Positions 61,681 through 64,000 of a DNA stretch of 64,000 nucleotides are shown in pieces. Location of the stretch: positions 1,235-65,234 of the forward strand of contig JAGGSH010000012.1 in assembly GCA_021159185.1 (NCBI GenBank), read 5' to 3'. Origin of the DNA: a bacterium. GTDB lineage: Bacteria > Patescibacteriota > Minisyncoccia > Moranbacterales > UBA9337. The notes below the pieces were generated by a model. It was not told where the DNA came from, did not search any database, and saw only the letters and a program-made list of their open reading frames with translations. Within the stretch, counting starts at the first letter, position 1, and every line of letters starts with the position of its first letter. The position numbers and the translations under genes are program-made.

Positions 61681-62973
61681 TTATTTCTTTGTATTTTTTA
61701 TTTTCTTCCTCAATAATGACATTGGTTTAATATTTTTCTTGCCAATATTTAAATAATAAAATTTATTCTGCCCGCCATGCGCCGATTGCACCACTTTCTC
61801 GCTTTCATTGTAAATTTCCTTGATTCTAGTCATTTGATTTCCGTCCGGACTTATAATTTCAATTTTATCATTTTTATAAACCGCGTTATGAGGCTTGATC
61901 TTAATTAAATTTTCATTTTTTTTACTTTCAACTTTCAACTTTTTATTCTCTATTACCTCTCCCACAAATTCATACAGGCATTTTTTATGCGAATTGGAAA
62001 TAAAATGTTCCGGCTCATTGCCCAACAAAAAACCGGCAGTATATCCGCGACGAAACAATTTATTCAATTCTTTTTGCTCTTCTCGGATAATTTTTTGTAT
62101 TTCTTGTTTGGGCTTTTTTTTCAATACCGCGTCCAGAACTTTTCTATAAGCGCGAACCACCACCGACAGATAAAAAACGCTTTTATTTCTTCCTTCAATT
62201 TTAAAGAAAGTTACTCCCGCTTTTCGCAAATCATTCAGATACGCCAATAGATTTAAATCCCGGCTGTTAAAAAAATAGGTTCCATTCTTATCTTCTTCCA
62301 AATCAATTTCAAATTTTTTTTGACTATCGGTAACGGTAGAATATTTCCACCGGCAAGGCTGAGCGCAATCTCCCAAATTAGCCGACCGCCCCGTCATCCA
62401 TTGGCTCAAAATGCAACGGCCGGAATAACTCATACACATCGCTCCGTGCACGAGATACTCCAATTCCACTTCGGGAACTTTCTTTTTAATTTCTTTTATT
62501 TCTTTTAAAGTTGTTTCGCGCGCTAAAATTACCCGTTTTGCTCCCTGCTCTCCCCAAAATTTTACCGCCCGCCAATTAAGAGCGTTGGCTTGTGTGGAAA
62601 GATGAATATTAACATTGGGCAAATTTTTTTTAACCAGCGTTAAAATTCCCGGATCGCTGACAATAATTCCGTCTATATCAAGTTTTTTCAAAAATTTCAA
62701 ATGCCGTTCCGCTTGTTTTAAATGAATATTGTGAGCGTAAATATTGATGGTAATATAAAACTTCTTGCCTTTTTGATGCGCGTATTCAATTCCTTTTTTC
62801 AATTTATTGGGAGTGAAATCATTAATTCGCGCCCGCAAAGAAAAATCAGGAACGCCCGCGTAAACCGCGTCCGCCCCATATTCAAAAGCGTATTTAAGTT
62901 TTTCCGTGTTCCCCGCCGGCGCGAGAAGTTCAAGGGTTTTATTATTTTTCATTATTTTCTTTTCTCTCTCCAC
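61681..62973 (-). CDS. U32 family peptidase-like protein (TrhP/YegQ-like)
   Basis: ELLAPAG, GADAVY, HGAMCMSYSGRC, CAQPCR, KIEGR; start uncertain. Confidence 0.9.
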   Translation of the reverse strand: MEREKKIMKNNKTLELLAPAGNTEKLKYAFEYGADAVYAGVPDFSLRARINDFTPNKLKKGIEYAHQKGKKFYITINIYAHNIHLKQAERHLKFLKKLDIDGIIVSDPGILTLVKKNLPNVNIHLSTQANALNWRAVKFWGEQGAKRVILARETTLKEIKEIKKKVPEVELEYLVHGAMCMSYSGRCILSQWMTGRSANLGDCAQPCRWKYSTVTDSQKKFEIDLEEDKNGTYFFNSRDLNLLAYLNDLRKAGVTFFKIEGRNKSVFYLSVVVRAYRKVLDAVLKKKPKQEIQKIIREEQKELNKLFRRGYTAGFLLGNEPEHFISNSHKKCLYEFVGEVIENKKLKVESKKNENLIKIKPHNAVYKNDKIEIISPDGNQMTRIKEIYNESEKVVQSAHGGQNKFYYLNIGKKNIKPMSLLRKKIKNTKK

Positions 62974-63074
62974 TCTATTTCATCCGCCCCGCCCTTGTCA
63001 ATTTTCCGACCAATAAAAAACTACGGAGTTTTTATCCGCTTTGGGAGGGAGCTCTGTAATTTTGCTTTATGATT

Positions 63075-64000
63075 TTATCGCAAAGCTTTTTTCATTCCCC
63101 ATAAATAATAACCGTAGCTTGATAGTCCGATAATAATTATCAGACAAGGGAACCAAATATTTATATGGCATTGGTCAAACATATTCCATAGCGACAGCGC
63201 CACGATCGTATAAAGCGCTTCCCAGAACCACCTAATTCTTTCTCTTTTCTGTTCTCCGAAAAAGTTGTTGAAATTGAATAATATAGCATAGACAATTAAC
63301 GCTAACGCCCATATCCACCATGACTGCCCTTTGCAATCACGGCCATGCTCCCCGGCCACCTCGCCGTTTTCCTTCTCGGTTCCCCCTATTTCAGAAGAAG
63401 GCGATAAAGAATCCGCCACTGATGTTTCATTATTTGTTTCTCCGCTCTCACCATTGCTTAAATTTAAACTGCTTGCCAGTATATTGCCCGCCAGCTTTTT
63501 ATTTTTTCTATAATGCTTATGGCTGCTCTTACCGCCGCTTTTTTTGCCGTTGCTTGAGGTTGATCCAAGCGTGGTAAAACTGCGCTCTTCGGTAATGCTT
63601 GGGGGCGAAGCATGGGAGATGGCTCGGTAATAATAAGTTGTTCCTGATGAAAGATTGCTTAAAACAACCGAGTGATTTATAGTTCCGTTCTCACTGATTG
63701 GAAAAACATTGTCTTCCTCAATGGAAGAATAAACATAACCGTAATTCGGAGGATAGTTTAAATTAAAAAGATGGGGAAACCCTTGCGGCGAATAAATTAC
63801 CCGGCTGGTTGAATTATAACTAGTCGTCCATTCAACAATAGCTTGAGTTTCTCCAACCGTAACACGCTCATCCGAGATTACAACTCCAGCGATAATAATT
63901 CCTTCGCTTCCGCCGGAAGGAATTTCCGCCCCTATTGACTCCTCGCCGAAAAATCCTATTTCAATATCAAATTTAACCGCTGATTCTTGATAATCATTTC
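63075..64000 (-). CDS. Surface protein with FN3-like domain and C-terminal TM helices (5'-truncated by window edge)
   Basis: Frame open to the window end: VEWTTSYNSTSRVIY...HSVVLSNLSSGTTYYYRAISH; the ORF track shows only the last 114 aa. Confidence 0.75.
   Translation of the reverse strand, partial: NDYQESAVKFDIEIGFFGEESIGAEIPSGGSEGIIIAGVVISDERVTVGETQAIVEWTTSYNSTSRVIYSPQGFPHLFNLNYPPNYGYVYSSIEEDNVFPISENGTINHSVVLSNLSSGTTYYYRAISHASPPSITEERSFTTLGSTSSNGKKSGGKSSHKHYRKNKKLAGNILASSLNLSNGESGETNNETSVADSLSPSSEIGGTEKENGEVAGEHGRDCKGQSWWIWALALIVYAILFNFNNFFGEQKRERIRWFWEALYTIVALSLWNMFDQCHINIWFPCLIIIIGLSSYGYYLWGMKKALR

Overview
AT-rich bacterial chromosomal segment in genetic code 11. Gene content and style point to a Patescibacteria/CPR (Parcubacteria-like) genome; this is an inference. 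It is mostly core genes: dnaX, rplJ/rplL, rpsP, a short smc, rnc-nusB-rpmF, infA-rpmJ-rpsK-rpsM-rpsD-rpoA-rplQ-rplM-rpsI, pth, dprA-topA, a RelA/SpoT homolog, parAB, folD, uppP, leuS, a full F-type ATP synthase operon, tatD, metG, rsmI, glyQS and three tRNAs. The most unusual feature is a non-genic layer of at least six families of short palindromic or periodic (7, 9, 10 nt) repeats. They occupy gene junctions, nest inside each other and insert in frame into essential enzymes. Heptamer hairpins occur both empty and wrapped around a four-helix-bundle gene, and a wHTH/Cas2-like gene is bracketed by 35-bp palindromic direct repeats. Two ~98-99 bp direct repeats mark rearrangements: a swapped rpsK/rpsM order, and a cassette that appends new domains to a PEP-synthase-like ATP-grasp gene. 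No transposase, integrase, reverse transcriptase or CRISPR array is visible in the window. All calls come from reading the sequence by eye; no database searches were run.
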